DNA of 64,000 nucleotides from Acidobacteriota bacterium (GTDB lineage: Bacteria; Acidobacteriota; UBA6911; RPQK01; CBDEGM01). This document shows, in pieces, positions 18,597 through 28,930 of the stretch. Positions within the stretch are counted from its first letter, which is position 1. Every line of letters begins with the position of its first letter. The stretch spans positions 422-64,421 of the forward strand of contig CBDEGM010000002.1 in the NCBI GenBank assembly GCA_965237715.1, written 5' to 3'. A program made the translations under genes and the position numbers. The notes below the pieces were generated by a model. The model saw only the letters and a list, made by a program, of their open reading frames with translations, was not told where the DNA came from and did not search any database.

Positions 18597-18600
18597 CACT

Positions 18601-19497
18601 ATGCCTAAAACCAGAAACATTAACTTGATCGGAATTATTGACCACTTTGACAGTGACGAAGATTGCCGTGATTATCTGGAACGGCTGCGCTGGCCTAATG
18701 GAGTGGCCTGCCCCCGATGTGGTGACACCAGCATTTCCAGAGTAATAAAACGGGATCAATACGACTGTAATTCTTGTCGCTATCAGTTCTCCGTCACTGC
18801 GGGAACCATCTTCCATGATAGCCACCTGTCTTTGCGTAAATGGTTCATCTCCATCTATCTGATGGTCGAGGCTAAGAAAGGCATCTCGGCCAATCAGTTG
18901 AAACGAACCATCGGAGTCTCCTACAAGACGGCCTGGTATCTGTGTCACCGAATACGTAAGGCTATGAGCAATGGAAACGAGCATCTGCTTAAAGGGATTG
19001 TGGAAGTAGACGAGACATGGGTTGGTGGTAAAAGAAAAGGCATAGGATCTGGTAACCGCTCCGGTAAGTCTATGGTCATCGGGGCAGTCGAGCGGGAAGG
19101 TGAAATCAGGCTGCAAGTCATCGGGGCAAATGATCGCAAGACCCTTCATAAGTTCATCCGTGAACACACAGATCCCAAAACCAAAGCGATCTACACAGAC
19201 GAGTGGCCTGCTTACCGAGGAATTAAAGATCACGACACAGATCACAAAACGGTCAATCATCACATGAAAGAATGGGTTGTTGGGAATATCCACACCAACA
19301 CCATTGAAAGCGTCTGGAGCCTCCTGAAACGGTCTATTATTGGTTCCTATCATAAGATCAGCAAAAAGCATCTAGCGGCCTACCTGGATGAATTAGAGTT
19401 TCGTTTTAACAATCGTAAAAACCCATTCTTGTTCCGTGAGGCTATGAAAAAGTTGGTTTCATCGGACAACCTAACATATCGGGAATTAACTGATTGA
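18601..19497 (+). CDS. IS1595-family transposase
   Basis: Zn-ribbon CPRCG..CNSC followed by the ISXO2-like DDE region (..VEVDETWVGGK.., ..IYTDEWPAY.., ..NTIESVWSLLKR..). ATG at 18601. Confidence 0.9.
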   Translation: MPKTRNINLIGIIDHFDSDEDCRDYLERLRWPNGVACPRCGDTSISRVIKRDQYDCNSCRYQFSVTAGTIFHDSHLSLRKWFISIYLMVEAKKGISANQLKRTIGVSYKTAWYLCHRIRKAMSNGNEHLLKGIVEVDETWVGGKRKGIGSGNRSGKSMVIGAVEREGEIRLQVIGANDRKTLHKFIREHTDPKTKAIYTDEWPAYRGIKDHDTDHKTVNHHMKEWVVGNIHTNTIESVWSLLKRSIIGSYHKISKKHLAAYLDELEFRFNNRKNPFLFREAMKKLVSSDNLTYRELTD

Positions 19498-19674
19498 TTC
19501 CGTTTCATGCGTTCTGTCACACCGCTTCAAGACGGTTATTACTGCCCATTTATTATATGTGAGTTCACATTCGGACTTGTAGTAATGCCCGGTGGCATCT
19601 CTATACAAAACAGTTATTGGCACAACCAGACTTTCAGACTCATTGGGCAGGGATTGAAACCCTCGCTTAATCAA
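19486..19674 (-). CDS. Hypothetical ORF (possibly the frameshifted continuation of the upstream 148-aa ORF)
   Basis: 62 aa, with a TTG start only. Its frame is open upstream and overlaps the end of 19707-20153. Confidence 0.25.
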   Translation of the reverse strand: MIKRGFQSLPNESESLVVPITVLYRDATGHYYKSECELTYNKWAVITVLKRCDRTHETESIS

Positions 19675-19706
19675 ATTTTTAAAATCTTCCCTGCTATGCA
19701 GAACAC

Positions 19707-20153
19707 CTAGTAATTCTCGATCGTTATCGCTGTTTCTTTGTTCTGACCTTTCATGAGTACAGAAATTGTGGAAAAACTCACTTCCACCCCATTTATGGTG
19801 ACGTCTTGAATTTTCACTCCAACCGCAGGTACATCGCTCAAATTACTTACCAGCATTGGGAGTCGTTTTTGGATATCATCAGATAATGGCTCCATTTCAT
19901 ATTTCAGTATCACTTGCGGTCCATCTAGTGGTTGTGGTTTTCTTCGTCGATTCCAAATATTTTTAGAGAACCATTCTGTGGTTGTAGCGAACAACACAAC
20001 CCCACTAATTACAAATATCCAACGCCCCACATTGCTGTTGATGAAACTCAACCAACTATGCCATTGGTCTAAATCATCAAAGACTCCGCCTAGACCGATA
20101 ATTCCTGAAAGAACTGAAATCACTCGAATGCACCACCTAACCCATTGACGCAT
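19707..20153 (-). CDS. Two-TM hypothetical membrane protein (IS1595 passenger)
   Basis: 148 aa with two N-terminal hydrophobic helices (IRVISVLSGIIGLGGV, WIFVISGVVLFATT) followed by a beta-rich soluble domain. Confidence 0.5.
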   Translation of the reverse strand: MRQWVRWCIRVISVLSGIIGLGGVFDDLDQWHSWLSFINSNVGRWIFVISGVVLFATTTEWFSKNIWNRRRKPQPLDGPQVILKYEMEPLSDDIQKRLPMLVSNLSDVPAVGVKIQDVTINGVEVSFSTISVLMKGQNKETAITIENY

Positions 20154-20214
20154 ACCCCTATTGTGGGCACGCCCTTAACTTGTGTCAAGTATATAATACC
20201 GGAATATTGCTTCG

Positions 20215-20450
20215 CCTCTGCTACATCGGCGAACGCCCTGAACACACCCCGTCCGCCTGCGGCGGACACCCCTCTCAAGAGGGGACTACCTTCCGATTCG
20301 TTGAGCTCCCTCGTCCTCCTCGACGTACTGCACGAGTACACCTGCGGGGGGGCCTCGGTACCGCCGGCTTCCAGCCCAGCCGCCGGGACGGCGGCGATAC
20401 GCTTTTGTGTGGTGACTCTTGGGAAGGGCGCACGGCCGTGCGCCCCTACA
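20215..20450. repeat. Mosaic GC-rich palindromic repeat segment
   Basis: It shares about 45 nt (cctcctcgacgtactgcacgagtac.cctgcggggg.cctcggt) with the MITE copies at 42402-42574 and 46585-46761. It shares about 40 nt (cgccggcttccagcc.agccgccgggacggcggcgata) in inverse orientation with 48699-48740. It also contains the hairpin GGGCGCACGGCCGTGCGCCC. Confidence 0.5.
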
Positions 20451-20504
20451 CCCCACTAGTAACTTCTAGTAACCTCTAGTAAGCTTTTGCACTGGAGAAC
20501 CCAA

Positions 20505-20723
20505 ATGTATCACTACGATCCGGATCAAGCGTTGACAGAACTCAGCGAGGAAAATCTACTGCCCAACCCAGTCTCACTTCGAGATACGGTCTTCCGAGTC
20601 CACCCCCAGGGAAAAACGGCCGTCGATGTGAACCAGAATCTGCAGGAATACTTCAAAGAATGGAACACGGCTGCGTCTCGGGCCCGGACGATTCTCGAAG
20701 CCCTGCAGGAGGCTGACAACTGA
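20505..20723 (+). CDS. Small hypothetical protein
   Basis: ATG at 20505 (MYHYDPDQALTELSEENLL...). No motif recognised. Confidence 0.4.
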   Translation: MYHYDPDQALTELSEENLLPNPVSLRDTVFRVHPQGKTAVDVNQNLQEYFKEWNTAASRARTILEALQEADN

Positions 20724-20733
20724 CCAGCACCAC

Positions 20734-21456
20734 ATGTCCCTTCATCGTATTTGTATTCCCTCTCTTGTTTGCTTGTTGCTGACCCTCACCAGCCAGGCAG
20801 AAGGGACATGGGAGATATTCCGGACCAGCGACGACATTCAGGTCGACGGTTTCCTGGAGGAGTGGCAAACAGTGCCGGCACTCGTTCTGAGTGCGGGAAA
20901 GCCGGGCGTTGGAAGCCATGGGCATTTTGGCTCCTCGGATCTCACCCTCAAGGTTCGGGCGCTGTGGGACAGCGAAAGCCTGTACCTGGCGGTGACTTGG
21001 GAAGACAACGAATGGGATGTGCACAAGGTGCCGCGACACGAGGCAGTGTGGGTGAGTCCCGACAAGCGGCGCCGGGATCGCATGCAGTTCTTCGACAACC
21101 TGAAGTTCCACATTGAGGAGCCCTTCTACAGCTACATACTTTGGATCTCCCCTCGCGTCGGAGACCAAGGTCCGTTCCTGTGGCACCGATTGCTCCAAGG
21201 TCCAAGAGGCATGGAAACTGCCATTGGCGCTCCGCTGGTGACGGGCCGCTTCCAAAAAGATGAAGCCACATTAGAGATCATGCTGCACTGGGAGGACCTG
21301 AAGAAGGAACCCAAGTTGAACAAGGAAATCGTGCTCACACTGCTGGTGGCCGACAGCGACCTCCCGGGGAAAATGTTGGAGACCAAATCAAAGCAGTTGA
21401 AGTGGCTGCAGTGGGATGGACGAATAAAACTCACCGAAGAAAGAAATGAACAATAG
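20734..21456 (+). CDS. Secreted protein, CBM9/DOMON-like carbohydrate-binding fold suspected
   Basis: Signal peptide ..[11 protein letters not shown]. The segment ..[10 protein letters not shown]..........[25 protein letters not shown] resembles family-9 carbohydrate-binding modules. Confidence 0.5.
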   Translation: MSLHRICIPSLVCLLLTLTSQAEGTWEIFRTSDDIQVDGFLEEWQTVPALVLSAGKPGVGSHGHFGSSDLTLKVRALWDSESLYLAVTWEDNEWDVHKVPRHEAVWVSPDKRRRDRMQFFDNLKFHIEEPFYSYILWISPRVGDQGPFLWHRLLQGPRGMETAIGAPLVTGRFQKDEATLEIMLHWEDLKKEPKLNKEIVLTLLVADSDLPGKMLETKSKQLKWLQWDGRIKLTEERNEQ

Positions 21457-23026
21457 AGATCTAGATCTCCAATCACTTGGACTATCCACGGCCAAGGGTA
21501 CTTCCCGGGATCTGGCACCCCCACTGCTGATAGGGGAAAGCTTGAGGCGGGAGGAAGGAGCCCTGACTCCGTCGGGGGCTCTGCGGGTCACCACGGGAAA
21601 ATATACCGGCCGATCCCCAAACGACAAATTCGTAGTCGATGATCCGGAGGTTTCTGACCAGATCTTTTGGGGACCTGTAAACACTCCCATGAAACCGGAG
21701 GCCTTTTCGCGTCTTCACGACGACGTTACGGCCTACTTGCAGAACCGATCCCTCTTTGTTTTTCACGGCTTCGCCGGGGCCGACCCGGAGTACCGACTAC
21801 CCATTCGTGTCATTAATGAGCTAGCTTGGCACAACCTGTTTGCTCATCAGCTCTTCATTCGCCCCACCTCCCGGGAACTGACCAGCCACCGGCCTGAATT
21901 CACAGTGATCGCAGCTCCCGGTTATCAGGCCGATCCCATGAAGCATGGAACCCATTCGGAGGCCTTCATTCTGATCAGTTTCGCTCGTCGGACCGTTCTC
22001 ATCGGAGGCACCAACTATGCCGGCGAAATGAAGAAATCGATTTTCACGGTGATGAATTACTTGATGCCTCAGCGAGGTGTCACCCCGATGCACTGCTCCG
22101 CCAATGCGGGTCCCAGTGGCGATGTGGCTCTGTTTTTTGGGCTCTCCGGGACCGGCAAGACCACTCTGTCCGCTGATCCGACGCGCGGCCTCATCGGCGA
22201 CGACGAACATGGATGGTCTGATCGAGGTATATTCAATTTCGAGGGAGGATGCTATGCCAAATGCATCGCTCTCTCTCAGGAGAAAGAGCCTCAGATCTGG
22301 GAAGCGATACGGTTTGGCTCGGTCCTGGAGAATGTCTGGACGGATGAGCACACAGGGGAAGTGGACTATGACAATCAGGAACTCACGGAAAATACAAGAG
22401 CCGCCTATCCCGTTGACTATATACCGGGAGCGGTCATCCCCGGAGTTGGAGGACATCCCAAAGTTGTCATTTTTCTAACGGCAGATGCTTTTGGCGTCTT
22501 GCCTCCTCTCTCCAGGCTGACTCGAGAGCAGACGATGTATCATTTCATTTCCGGATACACGTCAAAGTTGGCAGGAACCGAGCGCGGCATCACCGAGCCC
22601 GAGGCGGTTTTCTCGACCTGCTTTGGCGAACCCTTCCTACCTCTGCACCCGATGCGCTATGCAGAAATGCTGGCCCAGCGGATCGAGGCTCATGGTACGA
22701 CCGCTTACCTGGTCAATACAGGTTGGACGGGCGGTCCCTATGGCGAAGGCAATCGCATCCACTTGAAGTACACACGGGCCCTCATCTCCGCAGTTCTGAG
22801 CGGTAGCCTGGAGAAAGTAGGTTTTCAGCCAGATCCGGTTTTCCAGCTGCAGATCCCGGAAGCCTGTTCCGGCGTTCCTTCCGACATCCTGGATGCCAGG
22901 AATACCTGGAAGGACAAGAGGGCCTACCAGGAAAAGGCAGAGGAGCTGGCCAGGCGCTTCGCGCGGAACTTCCAAAAGTTTTCCGATGTCCCCAAAGAAA
23001 TCGTGAGCGCCGGCCCGAAGGTGTAA
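21446..23026 (+). CDS. pckA: Phosphoenolpyruvate carboxykinase (ATP)
   Basis: [21 protein letters not shown] and the kinase-1a loop [16 protein letters not shown]. The 526-aa length is typical. Confidence 0.97.
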   Translation: MNNRDLDLQSLGLSTAKGTSRDLAPPLLIGESLRREEGALTPSGALRVTTGKYTGRSPNDKFVVDDPEVSDQIFWGPVNTPMKPEAFSRLHDDVTAYLQNRSLFVFHGFAGADPEYRLPIRVINELAWHNLFAHQLFIRPTSRELTSHRPEFTVIAAPGYQADPMKHGTHSEAFILISFARRTVLIGGTNYAGEMKKSIFTVMNYLMPQRGVTPMHCSANAGPSGDVALFFGLSGTGKTTLSADPTRGLIGDDEHGWSDRGIFNFEGGCYAKCIALSQEKEPQIWEAIRFGSVLENVWTDEHTGEVDYDNQELTENTRAAYPVDYIPGAVIPGVGGHPKVVIFLTADAFGVLPPLSRLTREQTMYHFISGYTSKLAGTERGITEPEAVFSTCFGEPFLPLHPMRYAEMLAQRIEAHGTTAYLVNTGWTGGPYGEGNRIHLKYTRALISAVLSGSLEKVGFQPDPVFQLQIPEACSGVPSDILDARNTWKDKRAYQEKAEELARRFARNFQKFSDVPKEIVSAGPKV

Positions 23027-23029
23027 ATA

Positions 23030-23110
23030 CAGTCATTAGTCAATGGTCATCGGCCTCTGGCCACCTGTCAGTTGTCAGTTGCAGTCAGTGGTCATTCGTC
23101 AATGGTCAAT
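23030..23110. repeat. Mixed heptamer repeats downstream of pckA
   Basis: cagtcattagtcaatggtcatcgg...cctgtcagttgtcagttgcagtcagtggtcattcgtcaatggtcaat. These are the same two motif types as at 10741, 12112 and 13692. Confidence 0.75.
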
Positions 23111-23122
23111 ATAGCTCCCCCG

Positions 23123-23145
23123 GCGGAATCCTTCGCGGATTCCGC
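23123..23145 (+). terminator. Hairpin downstream of pckA
   Basis: GCGGAATCC-ttcgc-GGATTCCGC, a 9-bp stem about 100 nt after the pckA stop. No clear T-tract. Confidence 0.3.
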
Positions 23146-23163
23146 TACGAGCTTCAATAGTCA

Positions 23164-24000
23164 ATGATTCATGGCAGTGGCAGTGGCAGTGGCAGTGGAA
23201 GTGGAACCATCGTTCCTCATTCGAAAATCCTCATCACCGGCGCCTCGTCCGGTATAGGCGAGTCGACTGCCTATCTTTTTTCTGCGGAGGGGGCCGAAGT
23301 GTTTCTGGTGGCGAGAAGAGAAGATCGTCTGGCCCGGGTGGCGGAGCTCTGCCGGCAGAAGGGATCCCCCAAGGCCCTGTACCGGCCCCATGATCTGAGC
23401 ATTCCCGGCCAGGGCCGTGTGATCGTCCAGGAGTGCCTACAAGAGCTGGGTGGCCTCCAGATTCTGGTCTGGAATGCAGGATATGGGATCATCGGTCCGG
23501 TGCAGGAAATTTCCCCTCAGGAGATGGCCCGCCTCTGGCAGGTGAACTTCCAATCGGGATATGAATCCATCCATGAGGCTCTTCCTCACCTGCTCGCACA
23601 GAAAAAGGGACATATCGTTGTGGTGAGCAGCATCATCGGAAAGAAAGCTTTTGCCTACTCGGCCACCTACTGTGCTACCAAGTTTGCACAGGTGGGGCTG
23701 GGAGAAGCGCTGTGGATCGAACTCAGAAACAGTGGAGTGGGTGTCAGTGTGATCTGCCCGGGATACACCGCGACCGAATTTCAGCAAGCGGCTCGGCACA
23801 CCGAGAGTATGCGTCGCCGACGCAGGAGAAGGGGCCAAGATCCCAACATCGCCGCACGAGCCATCGTGGATGCCGTGCGCCGTAATCGCCGAGAAGTTCA
23901 TTTGACGATTCCGGGGAGACTGCTTCTTGCCGTCGAGCGCCTCTCTCCCGGACTCGCCCTTCGCATCGCCGCATACGTTGCCACCCGGGAGAGGCGGTAG
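23164..24000 (+). CDS. SDR-family oxidoreductase with an N-terminal (GS)n tract
   Basis: TGASSGIG dinucleotide motif and a YCATK (YxxxK) active site. The only standard in-frame start is ATG 23164, so the hexamer repeat (GGCAGT)n is translated as GSGSGSGSGSG. Confidence 0.88.
   Translation: MIHGSGSGSGSGSGTIVPHSKILITGASSGIGESTAYLFSAEGAEVFLVARREDRLARVAELCRQKGSPKALYRPHDLSIPGQGRVIVQECLQELGGLQILVWNAGYGIIGPVQEISPQEMARLWQVNFQSGYESIHEALPHLLAQKKGHIVVVSSIIGKKAFAYSATYCATKFAQVGLGEALWIELRNSGVGVSVICPGYTATEFQQAARHTESMRRRRRRRGQDPNIAARAIVDAVRRNRREVHLTIPGRLLLAVERLSPGLALRIAAYVATRERR
23173..23208. repeat. Hexamer tandem repeat (GGCAGT)4 GGAAGT GGAACC
   Basis: Read directly. It is in frame in the SDR N-terminus. 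The related CCACTG/CCACTT hexamers occur at 13376-13392 and 60865-60908. Confidence 0.85.
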
Positions 24001-24036
24001 GAGGTTTCGAATGTCGAATTTCGGATGTCGAAGTTG
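24001..24036. repeat. ATGTCGA-type short repeats
   Basis: gaggtttcgaATGTCGAatttcggATGTCGAagttg, between the SDR and the LolA-like gene. Confidence 0.6.
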
Positions 24037-24839
24037 TCCCTTGGGTGGGCTAAGATGGGCCAGAGCATGAGCACCAAAAGTATGATCAGGATTCTTTTTC
24101 TCGCCGCGGTAGCCATCTTGATCCTGCCCCAGCAGCTGGAAGCAGAATCCGACGCCAGGGCCAGGGAGATCGTGGATCGCGTGGATCGCCTGCTTCGTGG
24201 AGATTCCTCCTTCGGGGTGGCCGAAATGGCCATCGTGACACGGCGATGGGAACGGCGCACGACGCTGGAGATCTGGTCCGAGGGCACGGAAAAGGCGCTG
24301 ATTCGACTCTTGAAACCGAAGAAAGAAGAGGGGATGGCAACCTTAAAGGTGGGATCGGACATCTGGCACTTCTTTCCCAAGATCGACCGCACCATCCGGG
24401 TGCCGACTTCGGTTATGAGCGCGTCCTGGATGGGAAGCCATTTCACCAACGATGACCTGGTCAAAAAAAGCCAACTCATTCAAGACTACGACATTGAGAT
24501 CTCCTTCGAGAGAATGCGAGAAGATGTGGAGGTGTATGAGTTTACGCTCAGGCCGCTACCGGAAGCCCCGGTTGTGTGGGGCAAGATCGAAGAACAGGTC
24601 CGCAAGGAGGACTTGATGCCACCTGGGTAAAGTACTACGGAGAAGATGGAAGGTTGAAAAGAACCATGGTTTTTTCCGACTACAGCACTATGGGAACGCG
24701 CCTGGTTCCGGCACGCTCGCGAATGTTTCCTCAGGACAAACCGGGAGAATACACCGAGTTTCTTTATAAAGAGCTGAGATTTGACATCCGAGTGCCCAAA
24801 GATACCTTCTCCCTGAGATCACTGCGAAGACCTCAATGA
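24025..24839 (+). pseudogene. LolA-like outer-membrane lipoprotein-sorting protein, frameshifted
   Basis: The two overlapping frames join as ..VVWGKIEEQVRKEDLMP / TWVKYYGEDGRLKRTMVFSDY... One nt is missing in atgCCACCtgg (24619-24623). Its stop overlaps the next ATG (ATGA). Confidence 0.6.
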
Positions 24840-25639
24840 TCCTCCTACGGCTGGGATGGCGAAATTTGTGGAGGAATCCACGACGCAGCTGGATCACCAT
24901 TTCAGTAGTCGCCACTGCCTACACCTTCCTGATCCTCATTAGCTCTCTCGGGGAGGGATTGATGACCCAAATGCTGGACAACGGCACCGACCTTCTTCTG
25001 GGTCACCTCCAGGTTCACCACCGTCAGTATCTTCCCGATCGAAACCTGTATGACTGGATTGAGGGCAATGGGGAAACGGACTTGGACTCCCTTCTTGCGC
25101 TCTTGCGCCGATTCCCTCATGTGGTGGGTGCTGCCCCGCGTATGTACGGTTTTGGCCTCATCTCCAGCGGGGAGAAATCTTCCGGCGTCCAGATGATTGG
25201 CGTCGATCCGCACTCCGAAGGCCGTGTGAGCTCGCTGCTCGACAACCTGGTCAAGGGCGAAGAACTCGCTGAAGCTCCTTCCAAAGGTCTGCTGCTGGGT
25301 GAAACCCTGGCCCGTTCTCTGAGCGTACAGCCTGGATCAGAGGTCGCGATCGTGGCGCAGTCGGCCGACGGGACTCTGGGGAATGATCTCTACCAGGTCA
25401 CAGGAATCCTGCGCACCGGTTCAGCCCATCTGGAGCGATCCCTCGTCCTGGCTCACTGGAAGGATCTTCAGGAATTACTCGTTCTCGACGTCTCTCAGGT
25501 TCACGAGCTGGCATTGCGGGTCGATGACCCTCTGGTCGCTGACGCCGTTTCTTCGCAGCTGAACGCTTCCCGCCTGTTGCCTTTTGACGCCGAGGCCCAG
25601 AGCTGGGGCGAATTACTTCCCCAGCTCAAAGACTATCTA
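24836..25639 (+). pseudogene. FtsX/LolE-like ABC permease 1, N-terminal part (interrupted)
   Basis: MILLRLGWRNLWRNPRRSW.. is the typical MacB/LolE N-terminus. The ORF is cut after ..QLKDYL by the IS5-like insertion. Confidence 0.85.
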
Positions 25640-27282
25640 GTTCCCATCCGTGGACTTGTACAGCATTGGAAATAAAGAGGAAGAGGGGCATCTCCAAGCC
25701 TCGGTTTTGTCATAGTCGTTTGCTATTGTAATTGTTGTAAGCAGCATGTAGCAAAAGACTTAAGAAAAACCGAGTGCTTGAAAAATGCGGAAGAACCGTG
25801 AAAATCAACTCCCCCTTTCTCCCCTTTGGCCCGATCATCAACTCGCCAAAGAGCTGAGAGTGATTTCCGAGATCCTGGACGAGAATCCCTCGATCTCGGA
25901 TCTAGTTTTACAGGATGTGTGTGACAAAGCCAGCGCCCGGAACGGTGCGGGAGGTCTGACAGCCGATCAGGTGCTGCGCTGTGCTCTGATCAAACAGATG
26001 CACCAGTTTTCTTATGAAAAGCTTGCCTTTCATCTGAGCGACTCGCAAAGTTTCCGCACCTTTTGTCGCCTTCCCTACGGGTACACTCCCTCCAAGAGCG
26101 TCCTTCAGGAGAACATCTCCAAGATGGAAGACTCCACCTGGCAGAAGATCAACCGGGTGTTGGTGAGTTGGGCCGATCAGGAAGGTTTGGAAAAGGGGCG
26201 CAAGATCCGAGTGGATGCAACCAGTGTGGAAAGTGACATCCGTTATCCTACAGATAGTCAGTTGCTGTACGATGCGATCCGGGTCCTCACCCGCCTTATG
26301 AGACGTCTGAGCCAGCGCCAGTCGGTCGCTTTTGTCGATCACTCGAGGCGGGCCAAAAGGCGCTGGCTGAACATCCGAAACAGCCGGGGCGAAAGACGCA
26401 AAAAACATTATCAGGATCTGCTCCAGGTAGCTGGCAAGACGCGCAGCTACGCCCGAGAGGCGATCCAGTCGGCCGAAGCTTGGAGCGATCCCATCAGCCA
26501 AGCACTGGCTCACTACCTGGATCTGCTGGAACGAGTGATGGATCAGACACAACGGCGGGTGCTTGGGGGTGAAAAGGTACCGGCGTCGGAAAAGTGGTCT
26601 CGCTCTTTGAAGAACACACCGACATTATTGAAAAAGGGGCGCGGGAGAGTATCTTTGGTCATAAACTTTATGTGACGATCGGAAAATCTTCCCTGATCCT
26701 GGATGCGCTTCTGGTGCAAGGGAATCCCGCCGACAGTCAACAGGTCGAGCCTCTTTTGCGGCGTCAGTGCCAATTGTACGGTCGTTATCCTCGCCAAGCG
26801 AGTTTCGATGGAGGCTTTGCTTCTCTCAACAACCTGAAATGGGCGAAAGAGGAAGGCGTGCAGGATGTGGCTTTTGCGAAGAAGTGCGGATTGACCATCG
26901 AGAACATGGTCCGCTCCAGCTGGGTGTACAAGCAACTGCGACGCTTTCGGGCCGGTATTGAAGGCTGCATCTCCACGGCCAAACGCGTCTTTGGTTTGAG
27001 TCGCTGTCTCTGGAAAGGTTGGACCCACTTTCAGCGCTACGTGCATCTTTCCGTCGTGAGCTACAATCTGGTCGTGCTGGCTCGACTCCAGTTGTAGAGC
27101 CCCGCGCCCCACCAGCATCCACTCAGAGCTCATCCGAAGCTGAGGTCTCTGCACTCAGCACTCTTTCACAGAACCCTAAGCCCCTTTGGTAGAATGAACT
27201 CCAAAAGCGACACCGGTTGCCTCTATGCTACGTTCCACGAACTTACCAAGCCCTTGAAAAACAGGGGTTTCCGGATGGGAAC
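25640..27282 (+). mobile_element. IS5/IS1182- or ISNCY-like insertion sequence, copy B
   Basis: Same termini as copy A (GTTCCCATCCG...CGGATGGGAAC). 6-bp target duplication TATCTA at 25634-25639 and 27283-27288. Confidence 0.88.
25785..27097 (+). pseudogene. IS5-like transposase, frameshifted copy
   Basis: Relative to copy A (gcgtgggaaaaagtgg), copy B reads gcgtcggaaaagtgg (A5 to A4 at 26590-26593). This splits the ORF into 296-aa and 167-aa pieces. Confidence 0.85.
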
Positions 27283-27290
27283 TATCTAGG

Positions 27291-28930
27291 CGGCATTCCT
27301 CATATCAACTCCGGACATGAGTTCACCTGATCTAAATCGTGATGAATGATCGAAACCTATCACTACCAGAACATTGGAGCAAGGGTTTTTCCACCACATT
27401 TTGGCTGAGCAGTACCTCTGATCCCTTTGTAATTAGGATGCTTTTGTCAAAACCCGATCACTTGATACACCTCTCCAGCCGCTCGACCAGAAAACACTGG
27501 GCCCTAAGCCGTCATCCATCTCAATCGATCAATCCGAGACAACGGCCCGGCCCATATATCCTTGCTTACCGCTACCTCCGCCATCTGAAACGTGACGATC
27601 CGGCTATGGCGGATCACCTTCGCTCCGATCTTGATCAGTTTGGTCAACAGGCTGCGAAGGGACCAATGTTTGATTTTTCTGGGAAGGACCAGCCGCCGTA
27701 GAAAATTGCCCAGGTTGCAGGCCAAGACAAACAGAGCCAACCTCACCTGATTCGGGACAAAGCGCTGGCAGGACAGGCGAGTCCGGTGCAACGCATACTT
27801 GCCTTCCTTGATCCACTGCTCGGCTGTGCCACGACCGTTATAGAAGTGAACCACCCCTGAGGCTTGTGCGCTCATATTGGTGACGATGAAACCCACCCTC
27901 GGAAAGAGTTCTCCGCGATGCCACTCGGCCTTGGCAATCACCCGGCGAGGCCGGTCCCAACTGGCGGCTTGATATTGGAAATCGGCAAACCAAACGATAG
28001 GCTTTCGGGGCGGACGGCCCACAGGCCGGGTAAGCAGGTGTTCAATCTCCGCCTGAAGCACCTCGTTGGCAGGAAGCCGGATGGCATACAAAAAGCCCTT
28101 CTCCTCCAAGTATTCATAAACGTCCGGCTTGGCAAAGGCAGCATCCCCACGAAAGTATTTGCGGACTGTTTTCTTCCCGTAGCGAGCCACGATTGGTTCC
28201 AGCATCTCCTTCCAACCATCCGCGCTGTGAACATTGCCGGGCCGAAGCATTGCACCTTCGCAATCTCCGAACTGGTTGAAACAAAACAGGGGATGGTAGC
28301 AAGTACATCGGAAATGGCCGTTGTAGGCAGAGGCTTCCTGCTCGCCATGGACAGGACTGGCTGAGCTGTCCATATCCAGAATGATGCGTCGATGAGTTGT
28401 TTTCTCCAGCGCTCTTTCTACCCATCGGCCATTAACTTCCGAAAGGGCTTTGAGGTTCCCCTGGACGGACAGCATCTCGGTCTCAAATCGACCCATGGTG
28501 TTGGCGCTGGCGGCCTTCTTCTTGTCCATCTTCTTCCCGGTGATCCTCCGCATAGTCGGATCCACCGATAGACGATGGGCATCGTTGACATCTTCATAGC
28601 CAGCCAGTCGACTGTATGCCGATTGGCGCAGCAACGACGCCAGGTCGTGCTGGATGTTACGCCCTGTCCGCGAATCGAGAAAAACGGAGGGAACACTATC
28701 GAATAACACCAACGCTTCGTCCAAATCACGATAGGCGAGAAGCCCAGCATCCGAGGTGACCTTAGCCCCATGAAATTCAAGCCTCAAACTGCCATCAAAA
28801 CCGGCCTTCAAACCTTCACCCTTTGGGTCAGCCATTTCTTGCTCCCTTTCATAGATTATATCTGCTGTAATTATAATGGGTTAGGGTGATATGGGGAGGC
28901 ACGATGAGTGCCCCATATGGTGAATGGGGG
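27291..28930 (-). mobile_element. IS1380-family insertion sequence, copy 2 (intact, 1640 bp)
   Basis: Ends are CGGCATTCCTCATAT... (27291) and ...ATATGGTGAATGGGGG (28930). It lies 2 bp from the IS5-like copy inside the same permease codon region. The target duplication is ambiguous (GG or none). Confidence 0.88.
27504..28835 (-). CDS. IS1380-family transposase (intact)
   Basis: 443 aa. Typical IS1380 N-terminal block ..KVTSDAGLLAYRDLDEAL...RLAGYEDVNDAHRL..DP, with the DDE region after it. Confidence 0.93.
   Translation of the reverse strand: MADPKGEGLKAGFDGSLRLEFHGAKVTSDAGLLAYRDLDEALVLFDSVPSVFLDSRTGRNIQHDLASLLRQSAYSRLAGYEDVNDAHRLSVDPTMRRITGKKMDKKKAASANTMGRFETEMLSVQGNLKALSEVNGRWVERALEKTTHRRIILDMDSSASPVHGEQEASAYNGHFRCTCYHPLFCFNQFGDCEGAMLRPGNVHSADGWKEMLEPIVARYGKKTVRKYFRGDAAFAKPDVYEYLEEKGFLYAIRLPANEVLQAEIEHLLTRPVGRPPRKPIVWFADFQYQAASWDRPRRVIAKAEWHRGELFPRVGFIVTNMSAQASGVVHFYNGRGTAEQWIKEGKYALHRTRLSCQRFVPNQVRLALFVLACNLGNFLRRLVLPRKIKHWSLRSLLTKLIKIGAKVIRHSRIVTFQMAEVAVSKDIWAGPLSRIDRLRWMTA

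Larger units (their letters stand above)
18380..20201 (+). mobile_element. IS1595-family element no. 1 with passenger ORFs
   Basis: Inverted termini are GTGATTATATACTTCACACAAGT (18380) and the reverse complement of ACTTGTGTCAAGTATATAATACCG (to 20201). Imperfect 9-bp direct repeat GAATGTTGC / GAATATTGC at 18371-18379 and 20202-20210. The interior is visibly AT-rich. Confidence 0.75.
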
